IMG/VR virus record: IMGVR_UViG_3300033066_000417
Source: an uncultured virus (IMG/VR IMGVR_UViG_3300033066_000417)
Lineage: Duplodnaviria; Heunggongvirae; Uroviricota; Caudoviricetes
DNA: 64,000 nt
Strand: one strand, 5' to 3'
Shown: piece by piece, positions 1 through 8,580 of the stretch
Layout: the number at the start of each line of letters is the position of its first letter
How positions within the stretch are numbered: position 1 is the stretch's first letter
The notes under the pieces: model-generated
Told to the model about the DNA's origin: nothing
Databases searched by the model: none
The model's input: the letters and a program-made list of their open reading frames with translations, nothing else
Position numbers and translations under genes: made by a program

Positions 1-2310
1 GGTAAGTTTATTGATTTAAAACTTCTTGATACTGATTACATTAATGTAACCAGTCATTATATGCTTAATGCAAAAGACGGAGAGATACCAGAACTGTATG
101 AGTATATTCCAGACGAGTATTTAAAACAACTTGTTAGAACAGATAATCCTTTTGAACAGAAACTTCTTGAAGATAGTCTGGATGATGAATTACGTTATGC
201 TATTGAGAATAATTTTACTCTTATCCTTGACCCATTCTGTACAACAATGATAAGAGATAGGCATACCCCTCGTGACCTTCGTGGCACAAGTATGCTTAAC
301 AGTATTTTAAAGATTTTAATGCTTGATGATAAGCTTCGTGAACAGGCTTATGCTTCAGCACAACAGAACATCAACCCTATAAGGCTTTGGAAGATTGGTA
401 ATGAAAATTTCTTACCAGATGATGCAATGCTGGAAGGTATGAAGAATTTAATTCTTCAGGCACAATATGACCCACAACTTAATATCGTTACTCATCCTTT
501 TGTAGAGCTTGATATACAAGGTGCTACTGGAAAAGTAGATAAGATGAAAGATGACTATGAGTACATTGAAAAACAGATTTTAACAGGTCTGTGGTCATCA
601 AAAGCTTTTGTTCATTCAGACGGTATTACTCTTAATTCTTCAACAGTTGCTATGAGGATGCTTATGGGAAGGTATCTTCCTATACGTTCTATGTTTGAGA
701 ACTACTTTTATAGAAAAATTTTCTTACCTACAGCTCTTGCTCAGGATTTTTATAAACCTTTAACACAGGCTCAATCAAATCATGGTATAAGACCTTCAAA
801 TAAAGATAGAGAACTAGTTTATCCTTTATTTGACTGGAGACATAAACAGTCATTAATGGATGACCAGTCTGTAAGAAGTATGTTAATAAGTTTAAGAGAT
901 AAATCTCAAATGCCTATGAAGGTTATTTGTGACTCTCTTGACTTAGACTATAATTACGTAAAAACATGGCTTGAAAAAGAAACAAATACTGTATTTGATA
1001 ATGATATGATTGAGAGCAAGAAAACTTTAATGAACTCAGCAGTTGCTGGAGGATTAAAAGATTCTGGTTCTGGTATGATTAAGAGAATAGTTGATGCAGA
1101 TGCAAACTGGGCAAAAGCTATGTTCGGTAAATCTCCTAACCTTCAGGTTGAAGAGACTGAAGAAGCTAAGAAAGCTAAAGAAGAAGATAAGCAGGATGAA
1201 GCTGGTGCAGGTCTTGGTGACATGGGAGCAAATCCTTTGGAACAGCCACAAGGTGGAGAAGGTGAACAGCTAAAAGAGAACAGACGTTACTTTGCTACAG
1301 AGGAAGGTCAGGCTCAGTTAAAAATGTATGAGAGTATTAACAAGACCGCTAATGTAGTGAAGAAGCAAATTGATAAGATGAATACCACAAAGTCTCCTTA
1401 TGTATCTAATATATCAAGCCGAGATGATATCATGGTCAAGCTTAGAGATATGAATTATGATGGTAACATTGTTACAAGTTTAAAATCTCAATTGCTTGAT
1501 TTAAAATTATTACTTGCTTCAGAAGGTGAACGTTTTGCAAACGGTTCAGGCACTTTAAACGAATCTATAAATAATGTTTTAAAAGAGACTAGAAACAGTT
1601 ATAATAAGAGACTATACGATTTAGGTAAGTACTCAGCTCAGACAACTATAAATATATTAGGCAAAGAAGCTAGTGTAGGTGACTTTATTCCTGTAGAATT
1701 TAATGCATATGAGATTAAGAGTAAGCTGAAAGAGGTAGATATAGATGATAAAAACGTAAGACGTGCTGTGTGGAATCAGGTTTATCCTCACATTGAGCAA
1801 CAGGTTGTTTCTAACTTCTTAACCTTATCTAAAAAAGTAGAATTAAATACTTTTGAAAAACTAGGTATAAAGAATGTATATTTGAACAACGTTAAGACAG
1901 CAATAAAAGATGTATCAGACAGTGTATTGTCTGACATATCAACTATTATACTTCCAGATACTGAGTCTAAAGTAAGACATTCAGTTAACATAAGGAAGTG
2001 TGCGGTTAAGAATTGCCCAGTTGAATCTCTTCCACAAGTTATAAAAACAGTAGAAAAATTAAACGCTGTAGGAGTATTTGATTTATCTGGTAAAGACTAT
2101 ACTTCAGACAGATACAATGAAGACATACTTAAAGCTCACCTTACTTCAAAGTTCTATAATATTAATAACATTGAAGTAGAAGAGATGTTCTCTAAACATA
2201 TGGATTTAGAAGATTCTGAGCTGGATTGGTTCTTAAAAAGAGCTAAGAATGTAATATATGGTACAGAAGAAAATACAGAAGTTAAAGAGTTCATAGAAAA
2301 ATATATTTAA
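1..2310 (+). CDS. Portal protein (5'-truncated by window) with long C-terminal extension
   Basis: Frame is open from base 1 (GKFIDLKLL...). Motifs RGTSMLNSILKILMLDDKLR, PIRLWKIG, DPQLNIVTH, IEKQILTGL, IFLPTA resemble portals of large myoviruses; first gene of head module. Confidence 0.75.
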   Translation, partial: GKFIDLKLLDTDYINVTSHYMLNAKDGEIPELYEYIPDEYLKQLVRTDNPFEQKLLEDSLDDELRYAIENNFTLILDPFCTTMIRDRHTPRDLRGTSMLNSILKILMLDDKLREQAYASAQQNINPIRLWKIGNENFLPDDAMLEGMKNLILQAQYDPQLNIVTHPFVELDIQGATGKVDKMKDDYEYIEKQILTGLWSSKAFVHSDGITLNSSTVAMRMLMGRYLPIRSMFENYFYRKIFLPTALAQDFYKPLTQAQSNHGIRPSNKDRELVYPLFDWRHKQSLMDDQSVRSMLISLRDKSQMPMKVICDSLDLDYNYVKTWLEKETNTVFDNDMIESKKTLMNSAVAGGLKDSGSGMIKRIVDADANWAKAMFGKSPNLQVEETEEAKKAKEEDKQDEAGAGLGDMGANPLEQPQGGEGEQLKENRRYFATEEGQAQLKMYESINKTANVVKKQIDKMNTTKSPYVSNISSRDDIMVKLRDMNYDGNIVTSLKSQLLDLKLLLASEGERFANGSGTLNESINNVLKETRNSYNKRLYDLGKYSAQTTINILGKEASVGDFIPVEFNAYEIKSKLKEVDIDDKNVRRAVWNQVYPHIEQQVVSNFLTLSKKVELNTFEKLGIKNVYLNNVKTAIKDVSDSVLSDISTIILPDTESKVRHSVNIRKCAVKNCPVESLPQVIKTVEKLNAVGVFDLSGKDYTSDRYNEDILKAHLTSKFYNINNIEVEEMFSKHMDLEDSELDWFLKRAKNVIYGTEENTEVKEFIEKYI

Positions 2311-2322
2311 ACTTAAAAAAGT

Positions 2323-2724
2323 ATGATATTTACAAGTTATAGACCTTCGTTCTTTCTAAAAGACATAATAGAAACTAACAATGATATTATTTCTGAAGCT
2401 ATTGCTAAAACAGAATGGATTCAGGAAAGAGGTAAAAAGTGCTGGCGATTTACAAGCTGGGATGGGGACGTAGTGGAGCTGAGTTTGGGAAGCATTGGTA
2501 TGGATTCTGAAGGTAAACCTGCTCAGTATTTTGTATTAAAAGGCATTAATTGTATTAATTTCTGTGACGTTATTTTTATAGCTATGAGAGCTCGCATGCT
2601 GATGGGTGGCATAACCCCAGTATCCGAAGAGGATGACCATAAAAGTCTCACACACATTTTCTACTTTACAAATAAAAGTATCCCAGAGAATTGTGGGGAA
2701 TTTGGTGAGAAGATAAGTTCTTAA
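2323..2724 (+). CDS. Hypothetical protein
   Basis: 133-aa ORF tightly packed after portal. Confidence 0.6.
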   Translation: MIFTSYRPSFFLKDIIETNNDIISEAIAKTEWIQERGKKCWRFTSWDGDVVELSLGSIGMDSEGKPAQYFVLKGINCINFCDVIFIAMRARMLMGGITPVSEEDDHKSLTHIFYFTNKSIPENCGEFGEKISS

Positions 2725-2729
2725 TGAGT

Positions 2730-2752
2730 TTTGTATTTATTATATATAGAAG
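2730..2752 (+). promoter_or_regulatory. Putative late promoter motif (variant with extra TA)
   Basis: TTTGTATTTATTATATATAGAAG; near-identical to 4 other intergenic copies. Confidence 0.75.
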
Positions 2753-2766
2753 GTAAAAATAAACAA

Positions 2767-3045
2767 ATGGCAAATAACGTAATACTATATCAGCGTCCAA
2801 ACAGAGCATTTGAGCTGGAAATAAATAGCTTAATAGCTAAGTCGGACTTCACTAGTGCAGGATTTCCTGCAGTTATAGGAGAAGCAAGTACTTACTTATT
2901 ATCAACTGAAGGTCAGGCTAGGTTATCTGGAAATTTTAGTGACCTAGGGGATGCAAACATTACTTGGATTACTTCTACTCCAACTCCTACAAGTTTTGAT
3001 GGAAGTAATGGTTACAGAATAGCATTTATAAAACAAACAGTATAA
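2767..3045 (+). CDS. Hypothetical (likely virion) protein
   Basis: ATG at 2767 (MANNVILYQ) preferred over the TTG at 2731, which lies inside the promoter motif. Confidence 0.65.
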   Translation: MANNVILYQRPNRAFELEINSLIAKSDFTSAGFPAVIGEASTYLLSTEGQARLSGNFSDLGDANITWITSTPTPTSFDGSNGYRIAFIKQTV

Positions 3046-3050
3046 GATAA

Positions 3051-3398
3051 ATGAAAAAATTATTAATAGGTTTAGGTTTAGGGTTTTTATTAGTACTAAT
3101 GTTAGGCATATCTGGTACCCAAGAGGTCAGAAGAAACATAGTAACTTTTAGAGTAGTTACTACAGACACATCAACATTTCAGCTTCCTAACTACCAAGCA
3201 GAGGCTTTTACAATCACAAATTTTACAGCTAGTGATACTCTATTTATAGGCAACAGTTCTTCCATGATAAAGGCAACTAGTTTTCCTATATTTGCTGGGC
3301 AGAGTTTGACAGTAGACCCAACAGTAAATACAAATATAATATATGGTAAATTTAACAGTGGTAGTTCTGGAGATGTGAGGGGGATAACATTTAAATGA
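3051..3398 (+). CDS. Signal-peptide-bearing beta-rich protein
   Basis: MKKLLIGLGLGFLLVLMLGISG hydrophobic N-terminus; Thr/Ser-rich beta-type mature part. Confidence 0.65.
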   Translation: MKKLLIGLGLGFLLVLMLGISGTQEVRRNIVTFRVVTTDTSTFQLPNYQAEAFTITNFTASDTLFIGNSSSMIKATSFPIFAGQSLTVDPTVNTNIIYGKFNSGSSGDVRGITFK

Positions 3399-3811
3399 AG
3401 AAGTTAATATTTTTAATATTTTTAATTTTTGGTTTAAGCTCAACATATTCACAATCAGTTACAGGGTCAGAAGTAAGTCAGCTTTTATATAAAGAGGCAA
3501 AGACTACTGATGCATCTGCAGGCAGTCATGCTACTGTGACTAGCAACGCTTTCTACGGTACAATAGAAGTTACAACAGCTACCATAAGTAGTGATGGAGT
3601 TTTCACCTTAACCGTAAACAATGATAACTGTAAAGGTGCGAGCTCTGTGGTTGTAGTATCATTAGAGATTGATGGAGTTGATTTTAACATATTTAGTGCT
3701 TCATGCATAGTGCATGATAAGGTGGCAGGTCAATTCCAAGTTACTATAATGCCTGTGAAAAGCCAGACTTTAAGTGAACAATCTTTTAAAATAAATTACA
3801 TATTGAGATAG
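3395..3811 (+). CDS. Signal-peptide-bearing beta-sandwich protein
   Basis: MKKLIFLIFLIFGLSSTYS/Q signal peptide with Gln at +1; mature part resembles small phage fibre/decoration domains. Confidence 0.65.
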   Translation: MKKLIFLIFLIFGLSSTYSQSVTGSEVSQLLYKEAKTTDASAGSHATVTSNAFYGTIEVTTATISSDGVFTLTVNNDNCKGASSVVVVSLEIDGVDFNIFSASCIVHDKVAGQFQVTIMPVKSQTLSEQSFKINYILR

Positions 3812-3850
3812 GCGACAAAAATAAATTAACCTAAAAAATAGGAGATAACA

Positions 3851-4477
3851 ATGGCAACAAAGAAAGTAGTAAATAAGAAAGCAGTGGAGTTTCCACTAGA
3901 CCAGATTGGTTATGATACAGTATCAACATACATATCTAACATAGAAGAACTGGCAAAAGTTTTAGAAAAAGCAGTTTACAGTAAAGACAGTTTTGAGAAG
4001 TTTAGAAAAAGATTCTTTGAAGCTTATGAAACAGTAAGGGGTAGATTGATAGTATGGAGAGATAGACTTGGAAATGTCTTACCTTCTGAAGCTTATAACT
4101 CAAAAGAGCCAGCCCCTAATAGCTGGGTTGCTGTAGCAAAAGAAAAAGGTGTAAGTAGATTACCTCTTCCCAGAAATGAATATGATGACAAGCTTGATAA
4201 AGTAAAGCAAGATGAAAAAGATGGTGTATGGCGTACATACTACGGTTACTGGGGAACAACTGACGAAGAGATGGAAGAGATTGTAAATAAAGTAGACCCT
4301 GATTATATAGAGCCAAAATCACCAGTATCAGAGTTAGAACTAGCTCAAAAGGATATAAAGATAGAGGAGCTGGTTGATAGTATAAATGCTAAGGACGAGT
4401 ATATTGACACACTAGTCAAGATTATAAAAACGCCATGGTATAAAAAATTATGGAACTGGGTAAGGAGGGCTAACTAA
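3851..4477 (+). CDS. Hypothetical coiled-coil protein with amphipathic C-terminus
   Basis: AGGAG RBS; ends PWYKKLWNWVRRAN. Confidence 0.65.
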   Translation: MATKKVVNKKAVEFPLDQIGYDTVSTYISNIEELAKVLEKAVYSKDSFEKFRKRFFEAYETVRGRLIVWRDRLGNVLPSEAYNSKEPAPNSWVAVAKEKGVSRLPLPRNEYDDKLDKVKQDEKDGVWRTYYGYWGTTDEEMEEIVNKVDPDYIEPKSPVSELELAQKDIKIEELVDSINAKDEYIDTLVKIIKTPWYKKLWNWVRRAN

Positions 4478-5016
4478 TGTCAGAATCAAAGACTCTAGAA
4501 CATAAGGATGCCTATTCTTCAGATGAGAAGGCAGAAGCTTTAAAAAACATAGAAGAGCTTAACAGTAAGATAAGATTAATTGAAGATGCTATTGAGCAGG
4601 CTAAAGATAAAGATGAAGAACAGGAACTGAAGTATAATCTGGATGACACCATTGCTGAAAGAAAGTACTGGGAACGTGTAGCAGTAGAGAATGATGAATG
4701 GGCACCAGAAGATATTACAGTAGTAAAAAAAGATGCTAATAGACTTTATACTATACCTGTAAAAACATTTGAAGAGAGAACAGCAGACTTAACTAACATG
4801 GATGCTTTAAAGTACAGAGCTCTAGAGAATGAGAAATACATAAAAGGTCTGGAAGATAAAGTAAGATGGCTAGCCGAGAGTAAAAAAGAAGTAGAGGATA
4901 CTTTTTTAGAGCATAAGAAATGGTTTATGGACAATAGAAAAAGTATATGGATAACTTTTAAATGGTTCGTTAAAGCTCTGTGGAATAAAATTAAATTTTG
5001 GAAAAATGACTTATAA
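4477..5016 (+). CDS. Hypothetical coiled-coil protein with amphipathic C-terminus
   Basis: TAATG overlap with previous gene; ends FKWFVKALWNKIKFWK. Confidence 0.65.
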   Translation: MSESKTLEHKDAYSSDEKAEALKNIEELNSKIRLIEDAIEQAKDKDEEQELKYNLDDTIAERKYWERVAVENDEWAPEDITVVKKDANRLYTIPVKTFEERTADLTNMDALKYRALENEKYIKGLEDKVRWLAESKKEVEDTFLEHKKWFMDNRKSIWITFKWFVKALWNKIKFWKNDL

Positions 5017-5929
5017 ATTCGTAAAAATACTTACAAAAGGAGATTCTGGGGAAGAAGTAGTTAATCTTCAGAACTTTCTAATAAGTATTAATTTTGATGA
5101 CGTGCTTATCAATGGTAAGCCTAAAAAACTTACAGCAGATGGAGACTTTGGAGCTGTAACAGCCGAATGTGTTGAAAGTGTAAAAGCTAAGAGCTTGGAC
5201 TTTATCTCTGCTGAGTATGTAAAAGCTAAATACAAAGAGATAACAGGTAATGATGTTCAACCAGACTGGTTAGAAGTTAACTCAACTGTTAATCCTTTAT
5301 TTGGTCTTCTCCTTGAAAGATGGGACGAAGTACAAAAGTATCTGGGTGTTACAATGCAGGGAATGGACTTAACTCCAGAACCTGAAACTGTAACAGTTGA
5401 TTCAAGACAAGAGCTTATTAATGAAGTAATAGCTTTTGAAAAAGGTGAGATAGGCACAAAAGAAGAGACAGGTAATAATGATGGTGACCGTGTAGAATGG
5501 TATCAAAAGATTGGTAGCAACGGTGAAGTTAACCATGGGGGCTCTCCTTATTGTCAATATGGTCAAAATACTTCTTTAATAGTTTCCAGTAAAAAGTTAA
5601 AGCTGGATTACAAATGGTGGTACAATGGTTACACTCCAGATAATGTAAACAAAGGAAAGAAGTTAAAGATTTGCAGAGGTGGAAATTCTAGTGGTGGTCA
5701 TGTTGATATCTCTGAAATTAAAGCTGGTGATTGGGGCTACGTATATTCTAGCGAGAGAAGAAATGCAAGGCATGTATTTTTAATCACTGGTAAAAAAGGA
5801 AACAATGTTTATACAATTGAGTTCAATACTAACTCACAGGGTGGTGCAGAAGGTAATGGAGTATTCAATAGGATTAGAAACATATCACAAGTATGGGCAA
5901 CAGTAAGATGGGCAGATTTATACGAGTAA
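5006..5929 (+). CDS. Endolysin: peptidoglycan-binding domain + CHAP amidase/peptidase
   Basis: N-term LTKGDSGEEVVNLQNFL...ADGDFG (PG_binding_1 like); C-term EIGTKE..GNNDG..VEWYQ, PYC, HVFL, TIEFNTN (CHAP Cys/His/Glu pattern). Confidence 0.8.
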   Translation: MTYKFVKILTKGDSGEEVVNLQNFLISINFDDVLINGKPKKLTADGDFGAVTAECVESVKAKSLDFISAEYVKAKYKEITGNDVQPDWLEVNSTVNPLFGLLLERWDEVQKYLGVTMQGMDLTPEPETVTVDSRQELINEVIAFEKGEIGTKEETGNNDGDRVEWYQKIGSNGEVNHGGSPYCQYGQNTSLIVSSKKLKLDYKWWYNGYTPDNVNKGKKLKICRGGNSSGGHVDISEIKAGDWGYVYSSERRNARHVFLITGKKGNNVYTIEFNTNSQGGAEGNGVFNRIRNISQVWATVRWADLYE

Positions 5930-5989
5930 GAAATGGTAGTAAAAGAATAAAGAATCAGAAAAAGAAATCTCATGGCAACAGGGTAGGTT

Positions 5990-6427
5990 GTGAATGTTTT
6001 ATATGCACTGGTCATGACAAAGATTATTACCGTAAACATAAATACCCTAACGAACTTGATTTATTTAATTCTTAATTATTTAGTCGGTGGATTAAAACTC
6101 TTAGCCCTTATAAGTGTTTTCCAGTTACAAATTAACAGTTATTCAATTAAAGAAGATGTTTATATAAATTTTATAGACTCTTCTTTTCTGGTTGATGACA
6201 GCGTAGAATATTACTCTTCATTTGAAGTTGCTCAGGATGGAACTTACTGCAGTATTAATGTTACAATCCAGCATGAGGAAGAATTTACAATGTATTTAGT
6301 GTTTCACGAACTATTTCATTACATGAATTACATTGAATGGTTAAATGATTCTAATACTCCTATATGGGGCGAAGAAGAGGTTGACGAGAAGGCATACGAA
6401 TTTTTAAAATTGTATAAGAATGAGTAA
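5990..6427 (+). CDS. Putative small zincin metalloprotease-like membrane/secreted protein
   Basis: Hydrophobic N-terminus, FHELFH (HExxH) and downstream EE; start uncertain. Confidence 0.5.
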   Translation: MNVLYALVMTKIITVNINTLTNLIYLILNYLVGGLKLLALISVFQLQINSYSIKEDVYINFIDSSFLVDDSVEYYSSFEVAQDGTYCSINVTIQHEEEFTMYLVFHELFHYMNYIEWLNDSNTPIWGEEEVDEKAYEFLKLYKNE

Positions 6428-6623
6428 ATTAGGTCACATAAAAAAAGCATTGGAGACAATAGTTAAAGATAGTATCCCTAACAAGAGACCTAAGACTATG
6501 GAAAGCTCTTCACCAAAAATGAGTGAGAGCTCACCTAAGATGAGTGATTTAGGAACTGGTAAAATAAAAAAAGATTATACTTTAAGTGAGGACGGTTCTT
6601 ACAAAATGAGTGATTATGTTTAA
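6420..6623 (+). CDS. Small protein with amphipathic leader
   Basis: MSKLGHIKKALETIV leader; internal SSPKMS repeat. Confidence 0.55.
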   Translation: MSKLGHIKKALETIVKDSIPNKRPKTMESSSPKMSESSPKMSDLGTGKIKKDYTLSEDGSYKMSDYV

Positions 6624-6655
6624 CAGTAAATAATTAAACCTTAAAAATAAATAAT

Positions 6656-7165
6656 ATGTTACAAGATACAATACAAATAGTAGCAGGTGGTGGGCTAGAA
6701 GACCTTAGTTGGTCAACCATGTGGGTGAACTATGTAGAATTTATTATACTCGGTCTGTTGTCAGCTCTTGCTTACTTCTGGTTCGTAATAAGAAATGCTA
6801 AAGAAGATTCAGATACATTCAAAGAATTTTTCTCAATAAGAAAAAATCAAAACGATGTAAGTCTGCATTTAATACTTTACTTTGGTGTTGTACTTATTTG
6901 GGTTTTAGAAGGCGGAGTTGTACTTCCGATGCTACTTCTTGAACCTGTACGTGGAATGTTTGGATTAATAAACATTGACATTACTCAGCAAGTAGGTACA
7001 GTGTATGCATCATTCAGAAGCTGGATGCCTCAAGGAAAGTTGAATTGGTTCTCTATAATTTTAGGTGGAGGTATGACATTCTTTGTAAGAATGGTTGTGC
7101 CTAGACTAGTAGAATTTATTAAAGGTGCTTGGGGTAAATTTACTGGATTATTTTTAAAGAACTAA
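6656..7165 (+). CDS. Multi-pass membrane protein (holin candidate)
   Basis: About three hydrophobic segments; near endolysin. Confidence 0.5.
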   Translation: MLQDTIQIVAGGGLEDLSWSTMWVNYVEFIILGLLSALAYFWFVIRNAKEDSDTFKEFFSIRKNQNDVSLHLILYFGVVLIWVLEGGVVLPMLLLEPVRGMFGLINIDITQQVGTVYASFRSWMPQGKLNWFSIILGGGMTFFVRMVVPRLVEFIKGAWGKFTGLFLKN

Positions 7166-7178
7166 TAACTGGTATGGA

Positions 7179-7649
7179 ATGGCAAGAAGATATAAGTCTC
7201 AGGAGACAGAGTACAGTTGTGGAAGCAGTGCTGTTAGAAATATTCTTATCCATTTCAAAATAGCAGACGTAACAGAAGCTACAGTAAGAAAAGCTTGTGG
7301 CACTACTAAAAATAATGGAACTACTGAAGCTGGTTTACTGGAAGGGTTAGAGTATTATGGGTTGCAGACTAGAGAATGGGAATCAATATCTTCACAAGTA
7401 TTTAAAAGTAAGGTAACGAAAGCTTTAAAATCTGGTCGGGCAATAATTCTTAATTCAGATGCTCTTCATCACTGGATAGTAGCTTTAGAATATAAAAATA
7501 AAAAAGTTAGAATAATAGATTCACTGTTTAAAGATTCACATAAATCAATTGACCAGTGGGTAACACTTAAACAATTATCAGAGATGTGTGATTGTTACGA
7601 TAGAGAAAGACAGAAAAAATATTTTTATGGAATAGAAGCATGGGTTTAA
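7179..7649 (+). CDS. C39-like papain-fold cysteine peptidase
   Basis: QETEYSCG (Q..C), HHWIV (H), IIDS (D); GTT..GL..GL..YGL segment typical of C39. Confidence 0.8.
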   Translation: MARRYKSQETEYSCGSSAVRNILIHFKIADVTEATVRKACGTTKNNGTTEAGLLEGLEYYGLQTREWESISSQVFKSKVTKALKSGRAIILNSDALHHWIVALEYKNKKVRIIDSLFKDSHKSIDQWVTLKQLSEMCDCYDRERQKKYFYGIEAWV

Positions 7650-8095
7650 AAGAAATAAAGAATACGTTGATTAAGCTGTGTGGTTCTAAAATTATAGCTT
7701 ACCATGCTACTACTAATGAGTATGATTTTAAAGATATGAAAATGCCAGCACATTTTGGAACTTACCAAGCATCCTTAGATGCAATTGGTCAACACGGTAA
7801 AGTCTTAAAAGCTTATATTGATGTTAAAAACCCTATTAGACTAGAAGATGATTCAATTAAAGATTGGGGGACAAGTACAGTAAGAGGTAGTTTGCTTTAT
7901 GAGTATAATATTCCAGAAGAAGAGATACTAAAGTTTGAAGAGGAATTTGGAGAAGAGGTTGGATTAGTAAAACTTCTCCAGAGTAGAGGGTATGATTCAG
8001 TTGTATACATGAATGAGTATGAGGACGCAGGAAATGATTCTTATATTGTTTTTGAAAACAGCCAAGTAACTCCAATAAAAGTAATAACAGTATGA
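7640..8095 (+). CDS. ADP-ribosyltransferase-like protein (ART-PolyVal-like) with amphipathic leader
   Basis: AYHAT, HFGT, VLKAYIDVKNP, LQSRGYDSVVY, SYIVFENSQV match the phage ART-PolyVal pattern. Confidence 0.7.
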   Translation: MGLKEIKNTLIKLCGSKIIAYHATTNEYDFKDMKMPAHFGTYQASLDAIGQHGKVLKAYIDVKNPIRLEDDSIKDWGTSTVRGSLLYEYNIPEEEILKFEEEFGEEVGLVKLLQSRGYDSVVYMNEYEDAGNDSYIVFENSQVTPIKVITV

Positions 8096-8580
8096 TTGAA
8101 CTAATATATTTCCTCATAGCAAACGCTACAGTACTGGCACATGCCATCCCAGATTTTATAGTGTGGTTCTTTCTTGCAAAAGAAGATATCAACTGGAAAT
8201 GGACAAAGATTTTTCGTATAAGTAAATTTATGTATGACTTTCCAGTAACTTTTGCTGTACTCTTTTGGGTACTAGGTCTTCCATTAGATATAATAGGCTG
8301 GTTCTACATGTTGAAGTGGGCTCATTGTGCCGATAGTTGGTACAACATATTTAGTTTTATGTTTAAGAAACCTGTAGAGAACAAACAGGCTTTCTGGAGA
8401 TGGTGGGTCTTCCCTTATATCTTTAAGAGTAAAGTAATATATCAAGAGATACTGGCTCACTGGCTGATAAGAATAAATATAATAAAAGCAAGAGTGGATA
8501 GAAATCAAGCTTGGTATTCATCAATAGGTATGGAGATAACATTTATAATTTATTTGGTGGCAAGATATTGGGTAAGCTAA
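8092..8580 (+). CDS. Membrane protein, Trp-rich
   Basis: Several hydrophobic segments; ATGA overlap. Confidence 0.55.
   Translation: MIELIYFLIANATVLAHAIPDFIVWFFLAKEDINWKWTKIFRISKFMYDFPVTFAVLFWVLGLPLDIIGWFYMLKWAHCADSWYNIFSFMFKKPVENKQAFWRWWVFPYIFKSKVIYQEILAHWLIRINIIKARVDRNQAWYSSIGMEITFIIYLVARYWVS

Noticed and set aside
5893..6075. 60-aa ORF with CxCxxC
   Set aside because: Overlaps both neighbouring genes and lacks a convincing start; cannot be supported
8511..8567. Track start for the 449-aa ORF (similarly 2731, 24699, 49568, 52069, 63508)
   Set aside because: Upstream starts overlap preceding genes or a promoter motif; downstream starts give better packing, RBS or leader/signal peptide
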